A stretch of DNA of 64,000 nucleotides from Patescibacteria group bacterium (lineage in GTDB: Archaea; Nanobdellota; Nanobdellia; Pacearchaeales; GW2011-AR1). Made by a program: the position numbers and the translations under genes. Each line of letters opens with the position of its first letter. Positions within the stretch are counted from its first letter, which is position 1. Below the pieces are notes generated by a model, which had not been told where the DNA came from, did no database searches, and saw only the letters and a list, made by a program, of their open reading frames with translations. Below are positions 26,696 through 36,503 of the stretch, piece by piece. The DNA is taken from positions 116,363 through 180,362 of the forward strand of contig JAHYJW010000001.1 of NCBI GenBank assembly GCA_019428815.1, read 5' to 3'.

Positions 26696-28075
26696 ATGAT
26701 TGAAACAAAAAAAGTTAAGAAACCTGTAAGAACAATATCTGGAGTGACTCCTTTAACAGTTGTTTTGAAACCAAAAAAATGTAATCATGGAACATGTATT
26801 TACTGCCCTGGGGGTGATAATGTCCCACAGAGTTATACAGACAAAAGTCCAGCAATAATGAGAGCCTTAGCTTTAGAATTTGATCCTTATAGACAAGTAA
26901 TGAATCGGCTTGAAGTTTTAGAAAAAATGGGTCATCCAACCGACAAGATTGAATTGATTATTATTGGAGGAACCTTTTTGCAGTATGATATAAACTATCA
27001 GTATAAATTTGTAAAAGATTGTTATGATGCATTAAACGGAAAAAAGGCAAAAGATTTGAATCAAGCAAAAAAATGGAATGAAATATCAAAGCATAGGTGT
27101 GTTGCAATGTGTATTGAAAATAGGCCAGATAGTTGTTCTGAATCTGAGATAAACAGAATGTTAGAGTTTGGAACAACAAGAATTGAAATTGGGGTTCAAA
27201 TTTTAGATGATGAAATTTATCAAAAGGTTAATCGTGGGCATACTGTAAAAGATGTTATTGAATCTACAGAGAGATTAAAAAATGCAGGATTTAAATTAGG
27301 TTATCATGTAATGCCGGGGATTCCATACAGTAATCCTGAAAAAGATATAGAAATGTTTAAGAAAATTTTTGATGATAACAAATTTCGTCCTGATCAAATA
27401 AAAATCTATCCTTGCCAAATTGTTGAAGGCTCTTTACTTTCTAGAATTTATAAGGAAATAAATTTTAAATCATACACCCAAGAACAAGCAAGAAAAATTG
27501 TTACGGAAATGATGAAAATAATCCCAGAGTATTGTAGGGTTATGAGAATTATGAGGGAGATTCCTAAAGAAAAAATAACTAACGCAATAGAAAAATTAGA
27601 TTTAAGAAAAGATATTGAAAGGGAATTTAGAGATTCTGGTGTGAAAATAAAAGAAATTCGGATGAGAGAAATTGGGTTTAATAAAAAAGAAGGTGTTTCA
27701 GATATCAAACTTAAAATTTTGGAATATGAAGCTAGTAATGGAAAAGAATTCTTTTTACAATTTGTGGACTTAGATAATGTATTATACGGTTTATTAAGAT
27801 TGAGAATATTCAAAGATAAAGAGACTGGTCAAGATAAAGCTATAATAAGAGAGCTACATGTGTATGGTCAAGCATTTGAAATTGGGAAAAAAGGAGAAGA
27901 AAAAAATTTTACACAACATAGTGGTTTAGGAAAAATTTTACTTGAAAAAGCTGAGGAAATAACAAAAGAACAGGGAATAAAAAACCTTTTAATAATTTCT
28001 GGCGTTGGCGTAAGACAATACTATGAAAGATTAGGGTATGAATTAGATGGCCCCTATATGAATAAACATTTTTAG
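26696..28075 (+). CDS. elp3: Elp3-type tRNA uridine(34) modification enzyme (radical SAM + GNAT), short form
   Basis: VRTISGVTPLTVVLKPKKCNHGTCIYCPGG (Cx4Cx2C), central radical-SAM barrel, C-terminal GNAT LHVYGQA...HSGLGKILLEKAE. Confidence 0.85.
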   Translation: MIETKKVKKPVRTISGVTPLTVVLKPKKCNHGTCIYCPGGDNVPQSYTDKSPAIMRALALEFDPYRQVMNRLEVLEKMGHPTDKIELIIIGGTFLQYDINYQYKFVKDCYDALNGKKAKDLNQAKKWNEISKHRCVAMCIENRPDSCSESEINRMLEFGTTRIEIGVQILDDEIYQKVNRGHTVKDVIESTERLKNAGFKLGYHVMPGIPYSNPEKDIEMFKKIFDDNKFRPDQIKIYPCQIVEGSLLSRIYKEINFKSYTQEQARKIVTEMMKIIPEYCRVMRIMREIPKEKITNAIEKLDLRKDIEREFRDSGVKIKEIRMREIGFNKKEGVSDIKLKILEYEASNGKEFFLQFVDLDNVLYGLLRLRIFKDKETGQDKAIIRELHVYGQAFEIGKKGEEKNFTQHSGLGKILLEKAEEITKEQGIKNLLIISGVGVRQYYERLGYELDGPYMNKHF

Positions 28076-28094
28076 TTTTTTAATTCTCTAATTT

Positions 28095-29573
28095 TTACTT
28101 TTTTTTAAACTTCAATTTTTTTACATGGGGAAAAATTAAATCAATTGTTTCACTCATAGGTTTAATATTCCTAAGATGAAGTGCAGGTTTAAATTCTGAT
28201 AAATACTTTAACATTCCTGCCTTTTTCTTAACCTTTCTAACTTCTTTTATTTTTGGGAAAAATATCAAAGGCACAATAATTCTACCTGTTCCTGAGATTA
28301 ATATCACAAATAAAAGAGTATTCATGAAGGTTATTGTTAAGTGTTGTGCAAGTAATCCTCCTACTAACGCCCCAAAAAATATTCCTAAACCCTCAAAAAC
28401 ACTATAATATGCAACACATATCCCTCTCCTTTCAGGGGTTACAGAATCATAAATGAAATTAGATGCAGCTAAATTAAAACCTGCCCAACCAATCCCCCCT
28501 ACAAGTTGTGGAACAAGAATTAAGTATACTGGATTTGGGGAAAGAACCCATAAAAAACACATTAAGGGAATCATAGAACAAGCTAATTTTAACATTTCTT
28601 TATTTCCATATTTATCTGACAATCGTCCCCATATTGGAAGTGTTAACAAAGAGAAAAAAGAAGCAGAAACACTTACTAACATTAAGGTCGTATATGAAAA
28701 CCCTAAATCATTTAACATATAAACAGTAAAGAAAGGAGAACCAATCATTACCACGAAATAGAAAAATCCACTAAATAAAACAAATCTCCCAAAATTATTA
28801 TGGGGCATATTTTTTACAAATTTAAATATACTAAAATAATACCCTTCTTTTAATTCTAATTTTTTTTCTTTATGTTTAGTGAACAATCCCGCAGCAATTA
28901 ATCTAAAAATACAAGCAAAGAAAAATAATATCGAAAATGCCACAAGAACTATTCCTTTTGTTTGAAAATAATCTAAGAAAAATGCGGCGATTAAAGTTGC
29001 TATTAAGGAGACTGTTCCTGTAATCTTATTTCTTTTAGAAAAATATTTCCCCCTAATTTTTTCTGGGACAGCATCTCCCATTAAAGAAAACCAACTTGGT
29101 CCAGCTATTGCTCCAAATATAACATATAATGAGTAAAGAAGAATAAGTATATTTGGACTACTCTCTTGAAAAAATCCTTTCCAAAAAAGAATCCCTAATG
29201 TTAAGATAGGTAACCACATCAAAGCTTGAAGTGTAACATTCGTGATAATAACTTTTTTTCTGTCTTTTTTTTCTAAAAGACGACTTCCAAAAATCTGGGC
29301 TAAGGGTGATAAAAGACCTACAAAAGAACTAAGTAAACCAATTTGAAAATTATTTGCTTTTAATGCAAGAGCAAAGGGTGTTATTTGTGAGCTTCCAAAA
29401 CCAGTTGCAACAGAACTTGAGGCTCCCTCTTTTAAACTGAGAGCCATAGTTGTTTCTTGATTTATTCTTTCTTCAACACTTATGAGAATTTTCTTTCTTT
29501 TTTTTTGAATAATCTTCTCATTATGCATCTCCTCTTTTAAGGTTTTGATAACCGCTTCCTCTTTTTTTTCCAT
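28095..29573 (-). CDS. MFS-type transporter
   Basis: 492 aa, about 12 TM helices, typical MFS loop GRLSDKYGNK. Confidence 0.7.
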   Translation of the reverse strand: MEKKEEAVIKTLKEEMHNEKIIQKKRKKILISVEERINQETTMALSLKEGASSSVATGFGSSQITPFALALKANNFQIGLLSSFVGLLSPLAQIFGSRLLEKKDRKKVIITNVTLQALMWLPILTLGILFWKGFFQESSPNILILLYSLYVIFGAIAGPSWFSLMGDAVPEKIRGKYFSKRNKITGTVSLIATLIAAFFLDYFQTKGIVLVAFSILFFFACIFRLIAAGLFTKHKEKKLELKEGYYFSIFKFVKNMPHNNFGRFVLFSGFFYFVVMIGSPFFTVYMLNDLGFSYTTLMLVSVSASFFSLLTLPIWGRLSDKYGNKEMLKLACSMIPLMCFLWVLSPNPVYLILVPQLVGGIGWAGFNLAASNFIYDSVTPERRGICVAYYSVFEGLGIFFGALVGGLLAQHLTITFMNTLLFVILISGTGRIIVPLIFFPKIKEVRKVKKKAGMLKYLSEFKPALHLRNIKPMSETIDLIFPHVKKLKFKKK

Positions 29574-29704
29574 GGGATTATTATCTCTTTATTTCTATAA
29601 AAATCTAACTAAAAAAGTTTTATTTAATTTTTTAATTTTCTTTTTAATTATTTTGATAATTTAAATTCTAGAAAAGTTTATTAATCTTGAGCCTATAAGA
29701 TTTT

Positions 29705-30076
29705 ATGGCAACTTTAAAAGATTCTGAAATGAAAGAAGAAACTTCTAAAGAACAAATAAAACCAAAGAAAACCAGTATTTTTACTGAATTTTCTGAGTTT
29801 TTAAAGGAATATAAGGTGATTGGGCTTGCGATTGCTTTGATAATTGCTTTAGCTGCTACAGCTTTGGTTAAAGCTTTAGTTGATAACATTATCATGCCTC
29901 TTATAACCCCCTTTATTCCTGGAGGTGCATGGAGAGAAGCAACATTTGCAATTGGACCAATTATTATTGGAGGGGGTCCTTTTTTAGGAGAATTGATTAA
30001 CTTTGTAATCATTGCATTCGTTGTTTTTATTATTGCAAAAAAAGTTCTAAAAGAAGATAAAGTCACTAAGAAATAG
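29705..30076 (+). CDS. mscL: Large-conductance mechanosensitive channel
   Basis: FSEFLKEYKVIGLAIALIIALAATALVKALVDNIIMPLI followed by a second TM helix. 123 aa. Confidence 0.85.
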   Translation: MATLKDSEMKEETSKEQIKPKKTSIFTEFSEFLKEYKVIGLAIALIIALAATALVKALVDNIIMPLITPFIPGGAWREATFAIGPIIIGGGPFLGELINFVIIAFVVFIIAKKVLKEDKVTKK

Positions 30077-30130
30077 GCTTCTATTTTTGTTTTATTCTTT
30101 TTTGTTTTATTCTTTTTCTAATTATCCCTC

Positions 30131-30436
30131 TTATTCTTTATTCTGATTAAGACTTTTATTAAGAAATAAAAAGATTGGTAAAGCTTTTTGTTCTATTTCA
30201 GATAATAATTCTTTAAAGCTTTCTTTTGATTTAGGGATAATCATGGTATAACCAAAATTAGAACTTTTTTCTTTAAGTTCTGGAAATTCATATAAAATCT
30301 CTTTCTTTAAACGAATAATATTCCAAGATTGAGCACCTTCACTATAATGAATTTTCCCCTTAATTTTCACTATGCGATTATTAGGACTAAGTAATATCAC
30401 CCTTTCCCCTGGAGGTGGTTCTTTTCTTTTAGCCAC
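30131..30436 (-). CDS. Hypothetical protein
   Basis: 101-aa ORF with no recognisable motif. Confidence 0.35.
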   Translation of the reverse strand: MAKRKEPPPGERVILLSPNNRIVKIKGKIHYSEGAQSWNIIRLKKEILYEFPELKEKSSNFGYTMIIPKSKESFKELLSEIEQKALPIFLFLNKSLNQNKE

Positions 30437-30587
30437 TTTGTGTTGTAATTTTAAAGTGATTTCAGATATAATTTACAAGAATGGATTATATTTAAATCTT
30501 TTTATTTTTTACAGTAAATCGTAATTTACAGTAAATCGTAAAGTAACTTAAAAGGTTTTAATAGATAAAACATAACGTTTGTTAAAG

Positions 30588-31034
30588 TTATTCACGAATT
30601 TTTTTTGCTAGTTGAGCAAGTTCTTTATCATTAGCCCTTTCACCCATTAATGTTGTGATGTACCCTTCATATTCTTTAAAAAAGATTTTCTTATCTGCCC
30701 AAGTTTCTACAAACTTGTTTTTTAATCCATGTAGGGGGTATAATTTTATATGAATGTGGTCTATTCCCATTCCCTCCATCACCATTGCAACTCTCTTCAC
30801 GCTAAGTTTTTTCTCAAGGACTTTTGCAATCTTTTTCGAAATTAACATAAGATCAATATAGGCTTCTTTAGGCATATCAAAAGCATCAGAATGATAATGT
30901 TTTTTTGGAACAACTAGGGTCATACCTTTTGTGTTTGGGTGTATGTCTAAGAAAGCTAAATAATTATTATCTTCATATATCTTATGACAAGGAATTTCTT
31001 CGTTTATTATTTTACAAAATATACAATCTTTCAT
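30588..31034 (-). CDS. HIT (histidine triad) family hydrolase
   Basis: CIFCKII start and histidine triad DHIHIKLYP. Confidence 0.85.
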   Translation of the reverse strand: MKDCIFCKIINEEIPCHKIYEDNNYLAFLDIHPNTKGMTLVVPKKHYHSDAFDMPKEAYIDLMLISKKIAKVLEKKLSVKRVAMVMEGMGIDHIHIKLYPLHGLKNKFVETWADKKIFFKEYEGYITTLMGERANDKELAQLAKKIRE

Positions 31035-31233
31035 TTTCTTTAATTAATTCTCCTATTTTTTGTACTTTCCTATACTTTTATTTGTTTCTTATTTTCTTCA
31101 CAGATTAGATAGGATACTTTGATCTTCATAATACTATGTAATAAAATTTATTATAACCTAGATATTTTTTTTATCTCTAATAAAAAATTGATAGTTATAA
31201 TATTCCCTAAACGTTATAGCCTTTAAATATCTC

Positions 31234-32931
31234 TTATTTAAAGCGATTTGGAAAAAGTTTAGCTAAGATGTCGATTTTTTCCTGGTGCGTCTTCTTTGGT
31301 TTTATCTCTTCTTCGTTTCTTTGGCCTTTATTTATGTAAATCGACTTCCTTGTTTCTCGAACAATCTCCTTAAGAAGTATTTTTATTCTATGTCTAATAA
31401 AATCTAATAGTAAAGGATGATTTGTGATTAAGACAGAATTTGGTGAGCCCCACATTACCATTCTTTCTTCTATTCCTAACTCTAATTTAATTTTTTCATT
31501 AAGTTCTTTTAAAAGATCTGTTAATTCTTGGGGATCTAATCCGGTTATGTATTCTTCATGAAAACCAGCATATTCATTGTTTGTTTTTTCTTTTAATCTT
31601 TTTTCCCAGTTTAATACAACGTCATCAACAAGGATATTTTGCCTTCTTAATGGACATTTTAATTTTAAACCATCTAAAGATTTAATTCTACTAAATGCTA
31701 CATATGCATGACCGGTTTCCCAAGGAGCATAAGTTAAATCAATGTAAGCTTTATCTAGTGTTTGGCCTTGACTTCTGTGTATTGTCATTGCCCATGCTAA
31801 TTTTAGAGGTATTTGTGAGATACTTCCAATACTTTTTTGTCTTATTTCATTATTGGTAATGTCTGTGTCTATAATTTCCCATGTGAAATTTCCAATTGAA
31901 ATTTCTTTTCCAGAATCTAACTGAATTGTAACTGATTTTTCTTCCATTGATTTTATAGTTCCAAGGCTTCCATTAACATATCGGTTATGTTCAGAAATAT
32001 CATTTACTATAACAACTACCCTAGCGCCTTCCTTTAAAACTAACTCTTTTTCTGCATTACAAAATTGTTTTATATCATTAATTTCTTGTGGCCAATGGGG
32101 CGGATTTTTTATTTCTGCATAGTAAACTTTTGTTTTTCCAGGTAATTCTAAAAGCTTTTTTGTGTTATAAGCTTCAACTGTATTATTCTTTGTTGAGAGA
32201 ATTGGTTCTTTATCTGGATGTTCTAAAGTCACTCTTTGGTTTATTACTTCTAAATCTTTATCTGTGATTTCATTTTTTCTCATTCTATTGAGTATCTCGG
32301 CGTATTTTTTATCTTCTTTTTGTCTATAAATCTCATTAAGATTTAAAACAATAAGGTCTAATTCTGGGAATATCTTTGAATTAAAAAAATAAGTAGGTTC
32401 TGTATGGTAAAGTGACCTTAATCTTTCTTGTTCTTCTTTTTTTGTGACAGGTGGAAGTTGATACATATCCCCAAACATGACTAATTTAGCACCTCCAAAG
32501 GGTCTTTTACATTTTTTGTATTTTTTCATAATTTTATCCATAACATCAAAAACATCTTTTCTAACCATTGAAATTTCATCTATGACTATGGTGTCTATTT
32601 TTTCATAAATTTTGGATCTTTTGTCTCTTTTCTCATTTGCAAAATTTTCAGGTGTTTGAACTCCAAGTTTAAGTTTAAAAAAAGAATGTATTGTTTGTCC
32701 GTTAATATTACTTGCAGCAATGCCTGTGGGGGATAGTACTATAGTGTTTTTTGTTTTTTCTTGAAATTTTTTTAGAATAGTTGATTTCCCTGTTCCCCCT
32801 GCACCAGTTATAAGAATATTAGACCTACAATCTTTTAGTAATGAGTAAATCCCATCTTTTTCAAATTCTTCTGAATTTAACCCATTATTCCTTTCGTACC
32901 ATGCCTTAATAGGCATAAAAATAGATTCCAT
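31234..32931 (-). CDS. Pif1/RecD-like SF1 helicase with a C-terminal extension
   Basis: Walker A ITGAGGTGKST, Walker B VIDEISMV, GDMYQLPPV, TIHRSQGQT. Confidence 0.75.
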   Translation of the reverse strand: MESIFMPIKAWYERNNGLNSEEFEKDGIYSLLKDCRSNILITGAGGTGKSTILKKFQEKTKNTIVLSPTGIAASNINGQTIHSFFKLKLGVQTPENFANEKRDKRSKIYEKIDTIVIDEISMVRKDVFDVMDKIMKKYKKCKRPFGGAKLVMFGDMYQLPPVTKKEEQERLRSLYHTEPTYFFNSKIFPELDLIVLNLNEIYRQKEDKKYAEILNRMRKNEITDKDLEVINQRVTLEHPDKEPILSTKNNTVEAYNTKKLLELPGKTKVYYAEIKNPPHWPQEINDIKQFCNAEKELVLKEGARVVVIVNDISEHNRYVNGSLGTIKSMEEKSVTIQLDSGKEISIGNFTWEIIDTDITNNEIRQKSIGSISQIPLKLAWAMTIHRSQGQTLDKAYIDLTYAPWETGHAYVAFSRIKSLDGLKLKCPLRRQNILVDDVVLNWEKRLKEKTNNEYAGFHEEYITGLDPQELTDLLKELNEKIKLELGIEERMVMWGSPNSVLITNHPLLLDFIRHRIKILLKEIVRETRKSIYINKGQRNEEEIKPKKTHQEKIDILAKLFPNRFK

Positions 32932-33023
32932 TAAATCCTTAAAATGAGTTTCTTTTTATAGGTTCTGGATAAAATTAACATTCTTACCTAAAGATTTTTA
33001 TATTTAATTAAATTATTTTTGAG

Positions 33024-33395
33024 ATGACAAAAGATTCAGAAAGAAAGATATCTGAGTTAAAAGAAAAAATTAAAGATTTTTGCGAAGTTAGGGATTGGGA
33101 TCAATTTCATAATGCTAAAGATTTGGCAATTGCTTTGTCAATTGAAGTTTCTGAGTTATTAGAGATATTTAGGTGGAAAACTCGTGAAGAAGTTCAGGAT
33201 TTATTTAAAGACGAAAAAAAGAAAGAAAACATCCAAGACGAAATGGCAGATATTTTATATTTCTTAGTCAGAATTGCTCAAAGATATGATATTGATTTAT
33301 CAGAAGCATTTGACAAAAAAATGGAGAAAAATGAACAGAATTATCCTGTGGAAAAGTCAAAAGGTTGTCATAAAAAGTACAACGAATTAGATTAA
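33024..33395 (+). CDS. MazG-type nucleotide pyrophosphohydrolase (dCTPase-like)
   Basis: RDWDQFHNAKDLAIALSIEVSELLEIFRWK and EMADILYFLVRIA. Confidence 0.8.
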   Translation: MTKDSERKISELKEKIKDFCEVRDWDQFHNAKDLAIALSIEVSELLEIFRWKTREEVQDLFKDEKKKENIQDEMADILYFLVRIAQRYDIDLSEAFDKKMEKNEQNYPVEKSKGCHKKYNELD

Positions 33396-33553
33396 AGCTA
33401 AATAAAAGGTTAATTAAATAAAAAACTTAAACCTCTATTGCTTTTTTGAAAATTTTAAACTTAGATAATTATCTGAGAATAAAGCCCAAAATAAAATTTT
33501 TATAAACTACCCCCCACTTATTATTACAACTGTTCAGGTTTAAAACAATTAAG

Positions 33554-34279
33554 ATGATAACTCATAGCACAAGAAATGATATTTACATTGGGAGAGGGGC
33601 AGGTAAGAAATTAAAAGAAGATTTAGAGAATGCTTCTAAGAGCGTTAAGATTGTTTCTCCTTACTTAACACCTTCATATGTTGAAGATTTATTAAAATTA
33701 GTTCATAGGGGTGTTAATGTTACTTTGATTACTTCTAATGATGTGGAACAAGGAGACGGAAATTATTCTTCTTTTAGACACACAGATTTAATTAAACAAA
33801 AAAGAAGCATTAATACTAAGGAAAAAGAATTAAGAAAAAAAGGAATCAAATATTCCCTGCTTTCATTCATAATTCCCTTATTTCTCTTTTATGCTAAACA
33901 GTATCTTTATGCTTTTTTTGGGGCTATGGTTTTAGGATTTATTTTTTATTACTTTTATAACAGAAAAATATACTCTTATTCATATTATTCCCCTATAAGG
34001 TTAAAAGTTGTTCCAGATGAATATCATGATAGAGAAAAAGGAAAATTTTTGATTCATTCAAAGATTTATTTAATAGATGAAAAAATTGCTTATTTAGGCT
34101 CGATTAATTATACCCATAAGGCCTTTAGGTATAATTATGAAACTGCAATAAAAGTAACCTCTTCAAGGGCAGTTAATGATATCTCTAATGAAGTAGAAAG
34201 ACTTTTTGAAGATAAAGAGCTTTATGAAAAAGATATTGATGAGTGGGGAAGAGAGTTATACCCTGAGCCTAGACATTAA
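33554..34279 (+). CDS. Single-HKD phospholipase D-family (Nuc-like) protein with an internal hydrophobic insertion
   Basis: HKD motif LIHSKIYLIDEKIAYLGSINYT. Two hydrophobic helices (YSLLSFIIPLFLFY, FFGAMVLGFIFYYFY) lie between the N-terminal half and the HKD motif. Confidence 0.6.
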   Translation: MITHSTRNDIYIGRGAGKKLKEDLENASKSVKIVSPYLTPSYVEDLLKLVHRGVNVTLITSNDVEQGDGNYSSFRHTDLIKQKRSINTKEKELRKKGIKYSLLSFIIPLFLFYAKQYLYAFFGAMVLGFIFYYFYNRKIYSYSYYSPIRLKVVPDEYHDREKGKFLIHSKIYLIDEKIAYLGSINYTHKAFRYNYETAIKVTSSRAVNDISNEVERLFEDKELYEKDIDEWGRELYPEPRH

Positions 34280-34366
34280 CTAATTAACAAAAAATAAAGA
34301 CTACCTTTTTATGATACGATTCAGTTGATTAAGTAAACTTCTTGTTGAAAAGCCTGTACGTAAAAA

Positions 34367-35044
34367 CTAAAGATCTTCTTTTAAATAATCTACACATTTA
34401 TTCAAAAGTGAATCAAAATCTTTTTCTTTTTTCCATTCTCTTTCTATAAAATCTCTAAGTTTTTGTTGGTCATCACTATCATATCCCTCATCCCTTAATA
34501 TCCAAAGACCCTTAAATTCAAGATTAAGTAAAACAGTCAATGCTTCTTTTAGATTAGAAGTCTTTTCTTTTCCCACCTGTTTCTCTAATCTTGGCCAGTC
34601 TGTATTGTGGAAGTGTATGTGCATTAATTCATGGGCACAGACTTTTAGTGCATTTGGAATACTGCTGAATATACTAACCATAAATGAGGGTTCTTTAGGG
34701 TCATAAGGACATCTTTTTTGAGTTGTTAAATAACCGGTTATCATATCAAAAGGCATAGGTTTCCCTGTTATTTTTTTAAGAATCCTGAAATATTCATCGT
34801 TGATATTATCCCAAGATCTTTGAAATGCTTCGATCACGGAGTATAATAACTTGTTATCATGTATTGGTTTTAAAAATTTTTCAACATCTTTTTTACATTC
34901 CTCTAACCCTTTGTTTTTACATATCTTGTCAATCTCTGTAAAATCATTCGCTTTCTTTTTTGTCCAAGGGGAAATATAATTGGAAGTATCCCAATGATTC
35001 CAGATGTCTTTTCTCTTATCAAACTTAAATTTTACCTGCGGCAT
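34367..35044 (-). CDS. Hypothetical HExxH-motif protein
   Basis: 225 aa. CAHELMHIHFH. Confidence 0.4.
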   Translation of the reverse strand: MPQVKFKFDKRKDIWNHWDTSNYISPWTKKKANDFTEIDKICKNKGLEECKKDVEKFLKPIHDNKLLYSVIEAFQRSWDNINDEYFRILKKITGKPMPFDMITGYLTTQKRCPYDPKEPSFMVSIFSSIPNALKVCAHELMHIHFHNTDWPRLEKQVGKEKTSNLKEALTVLLNLEFKGLWILRDEGYDSDDQQKLRDFIEREWKKEKDFDSLLNKCVDYLKEDL

Positions 35045-35062
35045 TTTATTTGTAACTTTTGA

Positions 35063-35446
35063 TTAAGCCTTAACACTTTTTATTTCTTTTTCTGGATCAA
35101 ACTTTGTCCAAAATAGCGGACATCCCCCCGCACAATTTTCAGTACAAGAATTTTCATTACATCTCTTTGAGGGATATCTGCCTACTCTTTCTCTGAAAGT
35201 ATCAGGAAGATTATTTGGTGAGTTATACATTTTTAAAAATTCCCCCTTTGCTAATCTTTCATCTAAGATTTCAAGAGGAGTTTTTTCTCTTTTTGCAATT
35301 TCAGGAATTGGAACAATACGGTCCTTTCCGTAGCCTGTTTTTGATCTGTTTGGATTTTTGTTATCTCTTATTTTTATTGTTCTTGTTTCAAGATAAATAT
35401 CTGAGATTTCAAGATTGCAAACTTCTCTGATTCTCAATCTACACAT
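35063..35446 (-). pseudogene. Tyrosine-recombinase-like fragment fused to an unrelated Cys-rich tail
   Basis: RLRIREVCNLEISDIYLETRTIKIRDNK...GKDRIVPIP matches the box-I region of integrases. The N-terminal domain and the catalytic H-x-x-R/Y region are absent. Confidence 0.4.
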
Positions 35447-35456
35447 TTATTTAAGA

Positions 35457-36338
35457 TTAAATAGAATATTTTTCAGTTTCACTTTCAATAAATTTTTCTA
35501 GGTTAAAATTAAATCTTCTTTTAAAATTAGGGATATTTTTATTTGCATACGCAATTAATCTATCCAAGGTTTTATTAATAACAGTTGTAAAATCTGCTTC
35601 TGTATTTATTAATTCAACCATTTTCTTTCTAGCCAATTCTAGATAACCATTTCTTACTCTATCAAAAAATTCCGGATCTTCTAAGGATTTTGCTTCAAAA
35701 TAATTTGGATCCTTTACCCGGTTAATTGCTAATTTTACATCTAAATCAAATATAAATGTTATTCCTGGGATAATCCCCTGAGTTACAATGGTATTAATTT
35801 TTTTAATTTCATTTAGATCATAATTGCCCCCATAACCTTGATACACAGTTGAAGAAAAATTATTTCTATCAGATATAACAACACTATTCTCATAAGGCTC
35901 AGTTATGTTTGGATTAAGTACGGGCATTTTTCTTATAATATCTTTTTCAATGTCAAATTCATCATTATCATTTAAAACCTTATACACCAATAAACTAATT
36001 GTTTCTTTAAACAAGTCATAATAATTTTTATTATCCTCTAAAAAACGATTAATTTCTTGTTTTTGTAAGCAAAAAGGTATTACAATATTATCAATATGAA
36101 TACTTCTGTCCATTGACATCAAGGTAAATTCTTTTTTTGGCGTTTTTGGGAGATTTTTATTAAGTAATATCTTCCTTAAATCTAAATTAATACCATTGTG
36201 TGGGCTTCCCGGTTCTTTAGTCAATAGGACATCATAATTCATTTTTTCAAAAAAATCAGCCATAACCCTTGCCTTTAATGTTTTACCTGAACCATCAATT
36301 CCTTCTAATACAACATAATTCGATAACACTTTTTTCAT
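35457..36338 (-). CDS. tmk: Thymidylate kinase with an internal insertion of ~55-60 aa
   Basis: VLEGIDGSGKT P-loop, TKEPG, MSMDRSIH, then an insertion, then VVISDRNNFSSTVYQGYGG. Confidence 0.7.
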   Translation of the reverse strand: MKKVLSNYVVLEGIDGSGKTLKARVMADFFEKMNYDVLLTKEPGSPHNGINLDLRKILLNKNLPKTPKKEFTLMSMDRSIHIDNIVIPFCLQKQEINRFLEDNKNYYDLFKETISLLVYKVLNDNDEFDIEKDIIRKMPVLNPNITEPYENSVVISDRNNFSSTVYQGYGGNYDLNEIKKINTIVTQGIIPGITFIFDLDVKLAINRVKDPNYFEAKSLEDPEFFDRVRNGYLELARKKMVELINTEADFTTVINKTLDRLIAYANKNIPNFKRRFNFNLEKFIESETEKYSI

Positions 36339-36503
36339 TTTACCAATATCTCAAATTTAGTTGATTTTTTATATTATTAGGTTATTTAATAATCAAAATC
36401 AAGAGATAATTTATAACTACTCTCAAGTGTCGAAACATTTATAAACTCTTGTTTATTTATTTTATTATATTTTCATTAAATAAAATATAAATTAATAATA
36501 AAA

